Origin: Opitutaceae bacterium
Lineage (GTDB): Bacteria > Verrucomicrobiota > Verrucomicrobiia > Opitutales > Coraliomargaritaceae
DNA: 64,000 nt
NCBI GenBank assembly: GCA_051252375.1
Contig: JBPOFY010000002.1
Coordinates: 64,001 to 128,000 of the forward strand
Direction of reading: 5' to 3'
Position 1 is the stretch's first letter. Each line of letters opens with the position of its first letter. Below are positions 1 to 11,178 of this stretch, piece after piece. Position numbers and translations under genes: made by a program. The notes beneath the pieces were generated by a model. The model saw only the letters and a program-made list of their open reading frames with translations, did no database searches and was not told the DNA's origin.

Positions 1-1
1 T

Positions 2-1294
2 GGCTTTAGCGGCATGCTCCTTAGTCCTTGGAATGAACGCGAACGGACAACCTTAGATATCGTGCCTGAAGCGATGATGGGGCTTGGACAAATCAGCGGC
101 ATCAACATCTTTCCAGTCGCACCTCCCGCCCTCCCCGGCGGCAGTCAATTCCCTGTGGACTTCATCGTCGCATCGACCGCGGAGCCCGAACAAATCCTTG
201 AATTTGCGAACAAAATCTACGCAAAAGCGATGGCAAGTGGCACCTTTGCCTTCTTAGTCATTGATACCAAAATCGACCAGCCACAGACGAAATTTGTAAT
301 TGATCGTGATCTAGTCAGCTCGCTCGGGCTCGACCAACGCGATATCGGTGCCGACCTTGGATCACTCGTCGGCGGTGCTTATGTGAACCGCTTCAACATC
401 GGCGGTCGCAGTTACAAAGTGATTCCACAAATCAAACGTAGCGAGCGCCTCAATCCAGAGCAGCTCGAAGACATCTACGTCAAAGGTCCCGACGGTCAGC
501 TCATTCAACTCAGCACCGTAGCCACTCTAGAGGAAAGCGTGCAACCACGCGCACTCAATCGCTTCCAGCAATTCAACTCAGTAAAAATGAGCGGCGTGTA
601 TATCGGCGGCCCACTCGATCAAGGATTGAAGTTCCTCGAAGACACCGCAGCGGAGATCTTACCCGATGGCTACCGTATTGATTACGACGGCGAGTCACGC
701 CAGCTACGCACAGAAGGTAACAAATTCCTGCCAGCATTCAGTCTCGCGATCGTGCTGATCTTTCTGGTGCTCTCGGCGCAGTTCAATAGCTTCCGCGACC
801 CTTTCATTATTTTGCTCGGCTCGGTGCCACTCGCAATGTTCGGGGCACTCATTTTCACTTTCTTGAAAATGATGGATCCCAATCTCCCGCACTGGACCAG
901 CGCTTGGACCACCACCTTGAATATCTATTCGCAAGTTGGTCTCGTTACATTGATTGGCCTCGTCGCGAAGAACGGCATTTTGATTGTTGAGTTTGCGAAC
1001 CAGCTCCAACGCGAAGGTCGCAGTAAACTCGATGCGATTCAAGAAGCAGCCGAAGTGCGCCTACGCCCGATTCTCATGACAACAGTCGCGACAGTCGCTG
1101 GTCACTTCCCGCTCACTCTAGTGACAGGTGCTGGTGCCGAAGCCCGGAACTCCATCGGTCTCGTCCTCGTCGGCGGCATGGCCATTGGCACCATCTTCAC
1201 TGTCCTATTCCTCCCATCGATCTATATGCTCATCGCAAAAGACCGATCAAAAGAAGCTGTCGAAAGCGACTCTTCACAAGCTGCTCATACGTAA
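2..1294 (+). CDS. RND efflux transporter permease (AcrB/MdtB family), C-terminal part; begins before the window
   Basis: Open frame from the window edge. RND motifs GLVTLIGLVAKNGILIVEFANQ, RLRPILMTT and GGRSYKVIPQ; multiple TM helices. Confidence 0.93.
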   Translation, partial: GFSGMLLSPWNERERTTLDIVPEAMMGLGQISGINIFPVAPPALPGGSQFPVDFIVASTAEPEQILEFANKIYAKAMASGTFAFLVIDTKIDQPQTKFVIDRDLVSSLGLDQRDIGADLGSLVGGAYVNRFNIGGRSYKVIPQIKRSERLNPEQLEDIYVKGPDGQLIQLSTVATLEESVQPRALNRFQQFNSVKMSGVYIGGPLDQGLKFLEDTAAEILPDGYRIDYDGESRQLRTEGNKFLPAFSLAIVLIFLVLSAQFNSFRDPFIILLGSVPLAMFGALIFTFLKMMDPNLPHWTSAWTTTLNIYSQVGLVTLIGLVAKNGILIVEFANQLQREGRSKLDAIQEAAEVRLRPILMTTVATVAGHFPLTLVTGAGAEARNSIGLVLVGGMAIGTIFTVLFLPSIYMLIAKDRSKEAVESDSSQAAHT

Positions 1295-1375
1295 GTCTTC
1301 CACTCTGTGGCGATGCGACTTCAAGGCACGAAGACACATAGGTATACTAGCAAACTTTTAAATCCTCCGTGAAGA

Positions 1376-1909
1376 CTAGAAAGACCAATTCACGATAGGA
1401 AAGCCTTTTGCTAACTTCGTCGGAAGCTCGGTGAACCAAGGATTCGTTTCAACGATATTTGCGAAGCCGATCTGCACGCCATTAAGCCGCTTGGTATAGT
1501 TGATTAAACCGAGCTGCACTCCTGTAACATCTTGAGCGATATTGACCCAGCCCGATTGGAGACCTCGGATGCTGCCGCTACTGACATTAATCATCGCCGC
1601 TTGCCAGCCAACAACCTCACCCGTCGAATGCGTAAAGATACCACCAAAAATCACGCCTTCGTAATTTTCGACCGTGCCGCCAAGAATCGACCAGGTAAAT
1701 CCCATGCTATTACCAGACTGCTGATTAATAAAACCTAGATCGATGCCACGAACTTGGTTATCGCCCCACACATTGAGTGCCAAGCCTTCGACGAGTGCTC
1801 CCTGCTCGACTAGAGCGACATCCGGAACAAGAGAAACCTGAAAGCTGGAGGCCGCCTGAGCGACCTGTGACAGTGTGAAGATTGAAATAAGGGTAAGGAA
1901 GTTTTTCAT
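1376..1909 (-). CDS. Secreted LA_2272-like beta-repeat surface protein
   Basis: Signal peptide, repeated G(V/L)QxGxxN units (GWQAAMIN, GLQSGWVN, GVQLGLIN, GVQIGFAN), C-terminal PIVNWSF. Confidence 0.75.
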   Translation of the reverse strand: MKNFLTLISIFTLSQVAQAASSFQVSLVPDVALVEQGALVEGLALNVWGDNQVRGIDLGFINQQSGNSMGFTWSILGGTVENYEGVIFGGIFTHSTGEVVGWQAAMINVSSGSIRGLQSGWVNIAQDVTGVQLGLINYTKRLNGVQIGFANIVETNPWFTELPTKLAKGFPIVNWSF

Positions 1910-2119
1910 AATAATAACTAACGAGCTGTTTCTTTATCATTTTCACTTCACACAGAGATCTGCCACAAAGTCGCTGCAGCATCACATAGCCCATCCCTTT
2001 AAACAACGGTAATGCACTTATATATGAGTGCATATAAAAGCAGCACTCGCTTCAGAAATATTGATTCGAGCAGATTAGCGGTTAGCACAATCTCGTTGGA
2101 TTTCGACCAACTGCTAATT

Positions 2120-3589
2120 CTAAACCAGCGCCTTCAATTCGTAGCCTTTTCGATAATGCGGGCCTTTCAGCTCTGAGCTAATCGATGGATTCAAGATCGT
2201 CCGACTTACCGGGTCGATCTCGATGACTTTGCCCAAATTGTAACTGGGGTCTTTGATACCCCATGTCTCGAGCTGCGCTTGCTCTTCGCTTAAAATCTCA
2301 GTCAATTCTTGGCGTCCACCTACTAACTTAAGCAGCTCCTGATTACTGACCAACTCACCGCTGCGATAACTGATATTGCTCGCACTCGCCAATATCGCCG
2401 AGTTGGTGGAAGTCCCGATTCTGGCCCTCAGGACACTGGCATCATTCGCGCGAATCGCATCGATAAAATTCTGTTGGTGCCCCTTGCCGCCATTGCCTTT
2501 GAAACGCTCGATAATTGTTTTACCGTCCAGTTCCGTTGCCATCATGCCATAACGTCCGCCTTTAAGTATTCCGTTTTCACATTCGACAATAAGACCTGTG
2601 CGCGTGCCCAATCGGTTCTTCGCAACATTACGTTCAGGCGCTAGCCTCAAATCATTCGCTTCGATAATCACATCTACTCCATCCACTTGATACCAAGAAG
2701 ACTGTAGGTTGGGTGTATTACCTCCATCATTCCAAGCGAAACGGTTACCAAACGATTGTATTTGTTTCGGCAGTGCAGGCTCTCCGAGCAGCCAGCAAAC
2801 CAAATCAATTTCATGCACGCCTTGATTGCCGATATCCCCTTGTCCTGTGTTAAAATCCCAGTGCCAATCGTAGTGAAACTCAGGTCGCATGATTGGCATA
2901 TCCTGTGCGGGTCCCAGCCACAGATCGTAGTCCATCGTAGCAGGTGGTTTCAATGGCGACTCACGACGACCGATCGAAGCACGGTTACGGAAACACAGTG
3001 AACGAATCTTCTTAATTTTCCCAAGCTTGCCATCCTGCACATAACGGATGCCCACCTGAGGTCCGGGGTCGGAACGATTTTGATAACCCGCAGCAATGAT
3101 TTTACCATACTTACGCTCAGCAGCCTCTAGCTGTAGTGCTTCCCAAGGTGTAAAACAAACCGGCTTCTCCACGTAGACATGTTTCCCCGCCTCCATCGCC
3201 TGTATAGCCTGCAGTGTGTGCCAATAGGTCGGGCTCGCGATAATGACCGCATCGATATCCGATCGCTCATAAACTTTACGGTAGTCCTGAATCGTCTCTA
3301 CAACAACTTTCTGGCGAGCAGGCTGCCCATTATACGCTTTTGGGTTCGCTAACTTATCCGCCAACGTATCCATCTGTGCGGTATCCGGATCGCAAATCGC
3401 GACCAACTGGGCTCCGGGAACTTGGGTAAAATATCGGGAGAGGTCAGAGCCCTGCCTGCCGCAACCAATCAAAGCAATGCGCACGCGCTCATTTGCGCCG
3501 ATAATCGACTGGCCTTTAAGGGAAGAGGCAACTACCGCCAAACCAGCGTATTTAATAAATGTGCGACGAGATGTAGGGGTGTTTTTCAT
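2120..3589 (-). CDS. Tat-exported Gfo/Idh/MocA family oxidoreductase
   Basis: SRRTFIK twin-arginine signal, IGCGRQG Rossmann motif, GKHVYVEKP, DYDLWLGPA. Confidence 0.9.
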   Translation of the reverse strand: MKNTPTSRRTFIKYAGLAVVASSLKGQSIIGANERVRIALIGCGRQGSDLSRYFTQVPGAQLVAICDPDTAQMDTLADKLANPKAYNGQPARQKVVVETIQDYRKVYERSDIDAVIIASPTYWHTLQAIQAMEAGKHVYVEKPVCFTPWEALQLEAAERKYGKIIAAGYQNRSDPGPQVGIRYVQDGKLGKIKKIRSLCFRNRASIGRRESPLKPPATMDYDLWLGPAQDMPIMRPEFHYDWHWDFNTGQGDIGNQGVHEIDLVCWLLGEPALPKQIQSFGNRFAWNDGGNTPNLQSSWYQVDGVDVIIEANDLRLAPERNVAKNRLGTRTGLIVECENGILKGGRYGMMATELDGKTIIERFKGNGGKGHQQNFIDAIRANDASVLRARIGTSTNSAILASASNISYRSGELVSNQELLKLVGGRQELTEILSEEQAQLETWGIKDPSYNLGKVIEIDPVSRTILNPSISSELKGPHYRKGYELKALV

Positions 3590-3654
3590 CTAATCGCATG
3601 CGATCATTATTTATGCTCCGCCTCAATGCTTATTTGATCAAAACCAGATCCAGA

Positions 3655-4587
3655 TTAAGTCAGTTCAGTGGGCAACTTAGGCGTCGCACCTTCTTGTGAG
3701 CAGACATAAGCCGCGACCTTATTAGCAAAAAGATTCACCTCACTTAGAGGCCAGCCGCGCAATAAACCCATACACAAGGCTGCAGTAAACGAGTCGCCCG
3801 CACCCACCGTGTCGATGACCTCACTTTCCCGCCCGGGAAAATCGTGCACGGCATCCACTCCTACCAACAAGCTACCATCCGCGCCGCGGGTGTAAGCAAT
3901 TAGACGTAGATCAAACAGCTCCAGAAGTTGTCGTAGTTGATCATCAGGCCCGCCCTCCAAGTCAAACATATCGAGCAAGACCGGTAGCTCCTCATCACTC
4001 AGTTTCAAGACATTAGCGAGCTCAAGTGAACGACGGATCAGCAACTTCGAGTAGAAAGACTGACGCAGATTCACATCAAAAATCTTCAATGCATGCGCCG
4101 GCATCGCATCAAGAAATGAATGAATGCTTTGCCTCGACTCTTGCCAACGCTGCGAGAGTGAACCAAAGCAAACGGCATCGAGTTTGCCAGCGAGACGCTG
4201 AAGGTCCTCGGTGAATGGAATGTGGTCCCATGCGACATTCTCATGAATATCGTAGGAGGGCTTCCCCGAGCGCAGCACAACATCTACAGTGCCTGTCAGA
4301 TAAGTTACACTTTCCTTCACGTAGCGATCGTCCACGCCAACCTCTTTTAAGTGCTCGCGAAGCTCCTCGCCCAACGGATCCGCACCGATACAACTGACTG
4401 GCCAGCTCTCCGCGCCAAGCTGATGCGCGTGATACGCAAAATTAGCAGGAGCACCGCCTACACGTTTGTGGTTTGCGAAAACATCCCAAAGCAGCTCTCC
4501 GATGCCGCAAACGGCATACTTCTTATCGCTTAAATTATTTAAACTCATTTTCGGGTGACCAGAGTCATTGAAGATCAATGTGGTCAT
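3655..4587 (-). CDS. PfkB family carbohydrate kinase (fructokinase-like)
   Basis: GELLWD, GGAPANFAYH, FDVNLR and DTVGAGDSF motifs. The start could be the downstream Met (MSLNN). Confidence 0.9.
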   Translation of the reverse strand: MTTLIFNDSGHPKMSLNNLSDKKYAVCGIGELLWDVFANHKRVGGAPANFAYHAHQLGAESWPVSCIGADPLGEELREHLKEVGVDDRYVKESVTYLTGTVDVVLRSGKPSYDIHENVAWDHIPFTEDLQRLAGKLDAVCFGSLSQRWQESRQSIHSFLDAMPAHALKIFDVNLRQSFYSKLLIRRSLELANVLKLSDEELPVLLDMFDLEGGPDDQLRQLLELFDLRLIAYTRGADGSLLVGVDAVHDFPGRESEVIDTVGAGDSFTAALCMGLLRGWPLSEVNLFANKVAAYVCSQEGATPKLPTELT

Positions 4588-4653
4588 TTATTCGACAACA
4601 AAATCAACTCTTCGAACCGTCGACTCCAACACTAACGCTAGCCTGAAAAACGT

Positions 4654-6231
4654 CTATGCGCTCGTTCCTTCGTGAGTGAGTAAATACTCAAATGTGGCCA
4701 ACCCTGCCTTCGCGCCCTCCCCCATGGAGATGATGATTTGCTTATAAGGCGTATCCGTGACGTCGCCGCAGGCAAAAATACCTTCCACGTTGGTCGCACA
4801 TTTTGGTGTAACCACAATTTCGCCACGCGTATTGAGAGCGACCAAGTCTTTAACAAAGCCGCTGTTTGGAGCGAGTCCGATTTGCACAAAGACACCGTCG
4901 GTGGCCTTGGTAACTGTCTCACCGGTTTCGCGCATCTCGAGCTCGATTCCCGTCACTCCGGAATCGTTGGCAACGACTTCTTTCACGGCAGCCGAAACAA
5001 TGACTTCGGTATTGGCAGTGGCGTGTAACTTATCGATCAAGACCTTGTCCGCCTTGAGCGAATCCATGAACTCGACCACGGTCACCGACTTCGTGATACC
5101 TGCAAGGTCGAGTGCTGCTTCGACGCCAGAATTGCCGCCACCGACGACGATGACGTCCTTACCCTTAAAGTAAGGTCCGTCACAGTGTGGGCAGTAAGCC
5201 ACACCCTTGCCGACGTTCTCCTGCTCACCCGGCACCCCGAGCTTGCGCCATTGCGCGCCGGTCGCGATCACAACCGTGCGTGCCTGCAGCACTTCCCCCG
5301 TGCTGAGGGTTAAATATTTCAAATCGGAATCCGGCTTGGTCGCAATTTCCTTCACGCGGATGCTATCACGCAAAGCAATCGGATAATCCCCTAAGTGCTT
5401 GCGAATGTTATGCGTCAACTGCGTGCCGGTGATTTCACTGATCGACGTAACGTTTTCGATACCGACGGTGTCGCTGACCTGTCCGCCAAACTTCTCGGCA
5501 ATTGTCGCCACCTGGAGTCCTTTACGCGCTAAATAGATCGAAGCGGTCGCAGCAGCGGGGCCACCTCCGATGACAACGCTGTCGTAAACTTTGTCGTCCT
5601 GAACCGGCGCACTGGAGCTGACGTTAAATTGTTGAGTGATCTTTTCAATGATCTGAGCGGCATTGATCTCACCGCTGGAAAATGGCTTCTTGTTAACGAA
5701 TACCGTCGGCACACCCTGGACCTTGCGCTCATCCGCCAAGCCCTGATGCAACGCACCGTCGATCATCTCATTGGTGATCCGCGGGTTGAGCAGTGCAAGC
5801 TGGTTCAGCGTTTGCACGACGTCCGGGCACACATGGCAGTCGAGCGAAATAAAAGTTTCGAACATCAAATCTTCATTGATGGCCTTGATCTGTGCTTGTA
5901 GCCCTTCGTCCAACTTGATGGCCGAACCACCTGCCTGAAGCAGAGCCAATACGAAGCTATTAAACTCATGCCCACCCGGCACTCCGGAAAAGAGGACACC
6001 CGCAGGCTGCTCATCGACGACCAGCTCGAAGGTCAGACCTTCACGCACAGCAATCGTCTGATCTTCGACATCTTTAAAACTAATCTTCGGCGAAACCGAT
6101 GCCACGCCCTGCAACATGGAAATAAGCTCCGCGCGCTTCGGATGCACACCAGCAAAAAGACGCAGTTCAACACTGCGGGTCATGTTCTTGGTATATTCAG
6201 CGAGGGTCTGGAGAAGATTCTTATCTAGCAT
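4654..6231 (-). CDS. ahpF: Alkyl hydroperoxide reductase subunit F
   Basis: [16 protein letters not shown]-terminal [32 protein letters not shown]; directly downstream of ahpC. Confidence 0.95.
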   Translation of the reverse strand: MLDKNLLQTLAEYTKNMTRSVELRLFAGVHPKRAELISMLQGVASVSPKISFKDVEDQTIAVREGLTFELVVDEQPAGVLFSGVPGGHEFNSFVLALLQAGGSAIKLDEGLQAQIKAINEDLMFETFISLDCHVCPDVVQTLNQLALLNPRITNEMIDGALHQGLADERKVQGVPTVFVNKKPFSSGEINAAQIIEKITQQFNVSSSAPVQDDKVYDSVVIGGGPAAATASIYLARKGLQVATIAEKFGGQVSDTVGIENVTSISEITGTQLTHNIRKHLGDYPIALRDSIRVKEIATKPDSDLKYLTLSTGEVLQARTVVIATGAQWRKLGVPGEQENVGKGVAYCPHCDGPYFKGKDVIVVGGGNSGVEAALDLAGITKSVTVVEFMDSLKADKVLIDKLHATANTEVIVSAAVKEVVANDSGVTGIELEMRETGETVTKATDGVFVQIGLAPNSGFVKDLVALNTRGEIVVTPKCATNVEGIFACGDVTDTPYKQIIISMGEGAKAGLATFEYLLTHEGTSA

Positions 6232-6253
6232 CGGAAAAAGTATTTTGAGATTG

Positions 6254-6285
6254 AAAAAAACGGGACCCAGCAGTGCCAGGCCCCG
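6254..6285 (-). terminator. Intrinsic terminator/attenuator between ahpC and ahpF
   Basis: Minus strand CGGGGCCTGG-loop-CTGGGTCCCG hairpin followed by T7. Confidence 0.6.
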
Positions 6286-6315
6286 GATAAATGTAATAGA
6301 AGCGACCTGCTTCGC

Positions 6316-6879
6316 TTAGATTTTACCAACTAAGTCGAGCGACGGCTTGAGAGTATCTTCGCCTGGCTTCCATTTTGCTGGGCAGACTTGACCGTCGTTG
6401 TTAGCCACATACTGAGCAGCCTGCACCTTACGAAGAAGGTCCGCTGCGGAACGGCCGATGCCCAGGTCATGCACTTCGGCGATCTTGATCTTACCTTCTG
6501 GATCAGCCACGAATGTGCCGCGCAGTGCAAGGCCCTCTTCTTCGATCATCACATCGAAACCGCGTGTGATGGTTCCGGTAGGATCACCAAGCATTGGGAA
6601 ATTGATCTTATTGATCGTGTCGGAAGTATCGTGCCATGCCTTATGGCTGAAGTGCGTGTCAGTTGATACCGAGTAAACTTCGACGCCTAGCTCTTGAAGC
6701 TGTGCGTAGTGATCTGCGAGGTCACCCAATTCTGTAGGGCAGACAAATGTGAAGTCAGCCGGATAGAAAAAGAAGACTGACCACTTGCCCTTCACATCCT
6801 CGGTTGAGACAGACTTAAACTCACCATTGTGGAAAGCCTGTGCGTTAAATTCTGGAATGATTGTATTTATTTTAGCCAT
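6316..6879 (-). CDS. ahpC: Alkyl hydroperoxide reductase subunit C (2-Cys peroxiredoxin)
   Basis: [13 protein letters not shown] and VCPAKW motifs, 187 aa, C-terminal SLDLVGKI. Confidence 0.97.
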   Translation of the reverse strand: MAKINTIIPEFNAQAFHNGEFKSVSTEDVKGKWSVFFFYPADFTFVCPTELGDLADHYAQLQELGVEVYSVSTDTHFSHKAWHDTSDTINKINFPMLGDPTGTITRGFDVMIEEEGLALRGTFVADPEGKIKIAEVHDLGIGRSAADLLRKVQAAQYVANNDGQVCPAKWKPGEDTLKPSLDLVGKI

Positions 6880-6940
6880 AATTGTTTTGGTTGAGATTTA
6901 TTCTCGGTAAGAAAATACCAGAAAACGTTTAATAGTTGAA

Positions 6941-6977
6941 AGACATACATTCTATACCTTCCATAGCCTTTACCTAT
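6941..6977. promoter_or_regulatory. OxyR-type operator
   Basis: AGAC-N7-CTAT-N7-ATAG-N7-CTAT: three of four tetranucleotides match the OxyR ATAG-N7-CTAT-N7-ATAG-N7-CTAT consensus. Lies between divergent ahpC and the LysR gene. Confidence 0.7.
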
Positions 6978-7866
6978 GGAAGTTCAGCAAATCCGTTACT
7001 TTCTCGCAGTCGCCGAGTTACGCAATTTCACACGTGCCGCAGAGCGCTGTAATGTGGCGCAACCTTCGCTCAGCCAGCAGATCAAGAAGCTAGAGCAGGA
7101 GCTGGGGGGACCACTCTTCCATCGAATGGGACGCCGCATTCTACTCACCGAGCAAGGTGAACTCCTCGAAGGCAAGGCCAAGACCATCATGCTGGAGCAC
7201 GAGAATGCGATCCAACAAGTCAGCGACTCATTTCAAAATAGCCGCACGGTCACCTTGGGAGCGATCATGACCATCGCCCCCTATCTTGTGCCCGCGCTCT
7301 TGAAAGAATTAGACCCCACTGAATGCAGCGCTTTACGCATCGAGGAAAACTTCACCGAAGCGCTCGTCGAAAAGGTCCGCCGCGGGCGCTTGGACTTTGC
7401 CATTATGTCCTCACCGCTCAAGGAGCCGGACTTGATGGTGCAGGTCTTAGGTCGCGAACGCTTTCTCGCTGTCATGCCGATAAACCACCCCTTGAACACA
7501 CGCCCTGGCAAAGTGACACTCAACGAACTCGTGCAAGAACCATTCTTGGAACTCAATAATATCCACTGCGCCGGCAAACAAATCAATGAGATCTGCCAAC
7601 TCAGCTCAGGCAGCCAAAACACTGTCTTCCTCAGTTCACAGATTGAAACCATTCGCCGCCTCGTCATCGAAGGTCGAGGCGTGACCATCCTCCCCCGAAT
7701 GTCACTCCACGGTCACGATGATCTCGGAGTCAAAGAGATCGAAGGCGTCACACTCGAACGCGAAATCACACTCGTCCAACACCCCGACCGATATCTTTCA
7801 AAATCTGCTCAAGCGCTCTTAAAACAGCTGAAGAGCTTTACCCAACAATATCTCGAAACGGACTAG
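6976..7866 (+). CDS. oxyR: LysR family regulator, OxyR-like
   Basis: LysR HTH ([24 protein letters not shown]). [11 protein letters not shown] has the C-x8-C spacing of OxyR C199/C208. Divergent from ahpCF. Confidence 0.78.
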   Translation: MEVQQIRYFLAVAELRNFTRAAERCNVAQPSLSQQIKKLEQELGGPLFHRMGRRILLTEQGELLEGKAKTIMLEHENAIQQVSDSFQNSRTVTLGAIMTIAPYLVPALLKELDPTECSALRIEENFTEALVEKVRRGRLDFAIMSSPLKEPDLMVQVLGRERFLAVMPINHPLNTRPGKVTLNELVQEPFLELNNIHCAGKQINEICQLSSGSQNTVFLSSQIETIRRLVIEGRGVTILPRMSLHGHDDLGVKEIEGVTLEREITLVQHPDRYLSKSAQALLKQLKSFTQQYLETD

Positions 7867-7888
7867 GCTACATTGCTCGGGCAATCAG

Positions 7889-10800
7889 TCATTGCGCTGA
7901 GGGCAGTCCCACTTCGACTTTATAAAAGGATTCAGTAATACTGCTCCGCATATCGACATACGATTCCATCGCACCAAGACTCACCTCGGGTTCTCTCAAC
8001 TTTACGAAATCGAAACTCAAATCATTGGTGCCCCATATGGTATACAGTCGGCCTGACACTCCAAGCCACTGAATTTGAATATGACCATTTTCAAGCGGCA
8101 CCAGCTGCTCGATCGCAAACACCGAACTCGCATCGTGCGGCGAGGTGCCAGCGATGTATTCAGAAAGATTATTCATCGAATCGCCGTCTGCATTCTCCAA
8201 TGCATCTAAGGCATCTAGGGGATCGAACCCGTGAGTCGTTTCAAAGGCGTCTGACATGATGTCGCCATCGTCATCCGAGTCGAAATAGTCCCACTCCTGA
8301 TCGGTATCTGTATCCGTTTCATCCGGCCAGCTTTGCGCCCCATCAACTGGCAAGACCATCGCATTGAAGCCCTGCCCTTTGCAGTAACCCTTTGCCGTGC
8401 TTAGACAAAACACTTGCGGTGCAGCATTGAAACCAAAACCAGCCACCTGTGCAGCCGCCTCGACTGATGGCACGTAGCCATACATTTCAAAGAACGCACG
8501 AAAATCCAAGCCAGTGACATAAGAGACAGCGACCACCATCCAGTCCACGTTACCCAATGCCCGAGCTTCCGTCCGTGTAAAACTGGAGAAGCCCAATTGA
8601 TCACGTTTACTCAGCCAGACTGCGTCGTCATCGTCGGAGCGATTAAACTCTCGGTCCAACATGTGGAGGCGCGCATAGACATTCCAGCCGTCCTCTAGGG
8701 CACCTTCATTTTCAGCCACCATCATGATTTGAATCAACATCAACACTTGATGCGACCAGCTCGAACTAGCCCATAAATTATCCTGCAACCACGTCACCGG
8801 ATCGGCTTGCAGCACACTCTCTTGCAACTTATCAAAGACATACTCAAAGGGCAAACTCTGGCAGTCAGGGTCGTTACCAGTCTCGTTATAATAACGCGAC
8901 TTCGAGTAATAAGAATATGGGTTCGTTGTCGAATGCCCCTGCCAGCCTGGCATACGAAAACGAGATTTCTCCAAGCCATGCCCTAGCTCATGCAAGTCAC
9001 CATGATCCGTAGGACCGAAGCTCCAATAGGCATCGTATGGGTTACCCGAACAACCATAGCCGCAGGTTGCTTGGTCGGCATTCATATGCTTCACCAAATC
9101 CAAAGTATCGATCGTCCAATTATTAGTCGCCGCAAAATCATGAATCTCTACGACCGCATCGATCCCAGGACCTTGAAAGCCTGCCAAAATATGAGGGTAA
9201 TTATGCAGATAACGCATCGTCGCGTCTGCGAGTAACTTCGGGGTGCCCCAGTTCGCGACGGAGACATTCATCTTCTCGAGCGACGAGTGCACCTCAAATG
9301 CAGGCGTTGCGATTTCCGCCCAGTCGTATTCTCCAGCATCTAGCTTTTGGGTAAAGTTAAGGTCATCCTGACTTCCACGCCAATACGGGTGCTCACCCAC
9401 ATTCTCAAAGCGCAATTGAACAGGCAGATCATTCGTATCAAAAGCAACTTGCAAAGGACCACCATACGGCGAGGTGAATGCAATCGTCTCACCGCTCGCG
9501 ATCGGCATCTGCGGGCTCTTTAGATATTTCGGTCGCGAATAGCCCTCATTCGCCCATTGATGCGTCGAACCACTCCGCTGCGTATTGACGAAGATTTCAA
9601 CTTCGACAGCACTGCTATCGAGACGCGTTACTTGAACGGTCTGCCCAGGCAACGCATACACCCCGGCGGAGCGAAAGTTGCGCTTACTTTCAAGGTCGAT
9701 GGTTTTAGTCGTCGGCGTGATGTGGCTAAAATCACTACGACTAAAATTCCCCATGTCGGACTGCACAGGATTAATCGATCGAAAGTGATAAACCGCATGG
9801 TCAGCGAAATATGACTTCAAGAAAGCATCGTCATCCGTGGTGACTTTATCCATCGGAAACGTCACGTCGCTGCGATAGCTATCCCCAAGCAAGGCGATGA
9901 GCTTATCGAAGCGAAATGCATCCTCTTGAAATATATCCACGCCCGCTTCATCCCATCCAGTCATCATCGAACGCACTTCGCTCGCTCCATCTAAAAACGC
10001 TTCCTGCAAGCCTATCACCGCAGAGACATCTTCCCCATCAGCTAGCCCCCAATCAAAATCGTAATCATCCGCTTGAAAATGATTCAGCATGGTCTGAATC
10101 GAAACAATTCGCTCAGGCAAGTCTTCAGTCCCCGCAGCGGTAAAATCGTAGTCCGCCAGCTGCAAACGTCTCCAATAGTTATCCCCATCATATGTGACGT
10201 TGAACACCGAGAAGAGCGCTTCTCCCAGTGCAGTGAGATTTCCATCGTGGTGCACATAAAGCACCGGCACCCCAGCCTGCATGGCCGCCTCGACCGTCTG
10301 AGCAATCGCCTCGGGATCAGTGCCATCCACTTGCGAAATAATGAGCAAATCAGGCGCGCCTGCCAGAGCCGCAGCTAAGTTGGCATTGTTGGCACTACCC
10401 GCAGAATTGTAAGACACAGTCGTCGGATAATACGTGTCGAGCCATTGGCGTATCGCCACTTGGTCGGGGAAGTAGTAGCTCTGACTGTCATGCGCGATCA
10501 CCACATCAAACCCAACCGCATCCAGATCCGTGCGCCCCGTCAGCCATGCGATGCTATTCTTCAAAAACTGATGCATGTCTGCATTCACGTTTGCAGCATC
10601 ACGATACCAGTTCCGCATCGGATTACTGCCCAACACAACATACCGCCCTGTTTGCTCACCGATGATTCCGATTTCCCGAGCTTGCACCGTATATGCCACA
10701 TTGGTCACCGCATTCGTAATTAAAACCGGCGCATTCATTCCGAAAGTCGATTTCAACAAACCCGTATCATGTGTCGGGTTCCAATCAATATCTGTCAGAC

Positions 10801-11047
10801 TCGAGCCATCACCCAAAGCAGTCCCGTCCGTATTCAAATTAAACAATTGATACTTCGCAGCATTGAGTAGATCTCGACCAACGACAATTTCCGCCAGCGC
10901 CGCATCTAATAATTCCTCTGATGTCACCGCAGCAACCGAGCCACTTTGTAAGGCATCTTCCACCGCCGGAACCCCCGACGCCAACACACAACTGCCCACC
11001 CATAAACCAATATAAGCAGAGACAGATCGAATAGAGTAATAATTCAT
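7889..11047 (-). CDS. Secreted ImpA-family (M60-like) zinc metalloprotease with Asp-rich Ca-binding repeats and a C-terminal beta domain
   Basis: SAGVYALPGQT, NADQATCGYGCSGNPYDAYW and HELGH zinc motif; DTDTD/DSDDDGD repeats. ATG 11047 gives a signal-peptide-like N-terminus. Confidence 0.8.
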   Translation of the reverse strand: MNYYSIRSVSAYIGLWVGSCVLASGVPAVEDALQSGSVAAVTSEELLDAALAEIVVGRDLLNAAKYQLFNLNTDGTALGDGSSLTDIDWNPTHDTGLLKSTFGMNAPVLITNAVTNVAYTVQAREIGIIGEQTGRYVVLGSNPMRNWYRDAANVNADMHQFLKNSIAWLTGRTDLDAVGFDVVIAHDSQSYYFPDQVAIRQWLDTYYPTTVSYNSAGSANNANLAAALAGAPDLLIISQVDGTDPEAIAQTVEAAMQAGVPVLYVHHDGNLTALGEALFSVFNVTYDGDNYWRRLQLADYDFTAAGTEDLPERIVSIQTMLNHFQADDYDFDWGLADGEDVSAVIGLQEAFLDGASEVRSMMTGWDEAGVDIFQEDAFRFDKLIALLGDSYRSDVTFPMDKVTTDDDAFLKSYFADHAVYHFRSINPVQSDMGNFSRSDFSHITPTTKTIDLESKRNFRSAGVYALPGQTVQVTRLDSSAVEVEIFVNTQRSGSTHQWANEGYSRPKYLKSPQMPIASGETIAFTSPYGGPLQVAFDTNDLPVQLRFENVGEHPYWRGSQDDLNFTQKLDAGEYDWAEIATPAFEVHSSLEKMNVSVANWGTPKLLADATMRYLHNYPHILAGFQGPGIDAVVEIHDFAATNNWTIDTLDLVKHMNADQATCGYGCSGNPYDAYWSFGPTDHGDLHELGHGLEKSRFRMPGWQGHSTTNPYSYYSKSRYYNETGNDPDCQSLPFEYVFDKLQESVLQADPVTWLQDNLWASSSWSHQVLMLIQIMMVAENEGALEDGWNVYARLHMLDREFNRSDDDDAVWLSKRDQLGFSSFTRTEARALGNVDWMVVAVSYVTGLDFRAFFEMYGYVPSVEAAAQVAGFGFNAAPQVFCLSTAKGYCKGQGFNAMVLPVDGAQSWPDETDTDTDQEWDYFDSDDDGDIMSDAFETTHGFDPLDALDALENADGDSMNNLSEYIAGTSPHDASSVFAIEQLVPLENGHIQIQWLGVSGRLYTIWGTNDLSFDFVKLREPEVSLGAMESYVDMRSSITESFYKVEVGLPSAQ

Positions 11048-11178
11048 TTGCAGGGGCAGAAGAAGCACACAAACCACACGGCACCCAAAAGACAAAGCGG
11101 AAATACCAAGTGCGGTCTCGAATCACAAAGCTTTTACCAATCACCGCAGACGTGAACGGACGATAATTTTATATGAGG

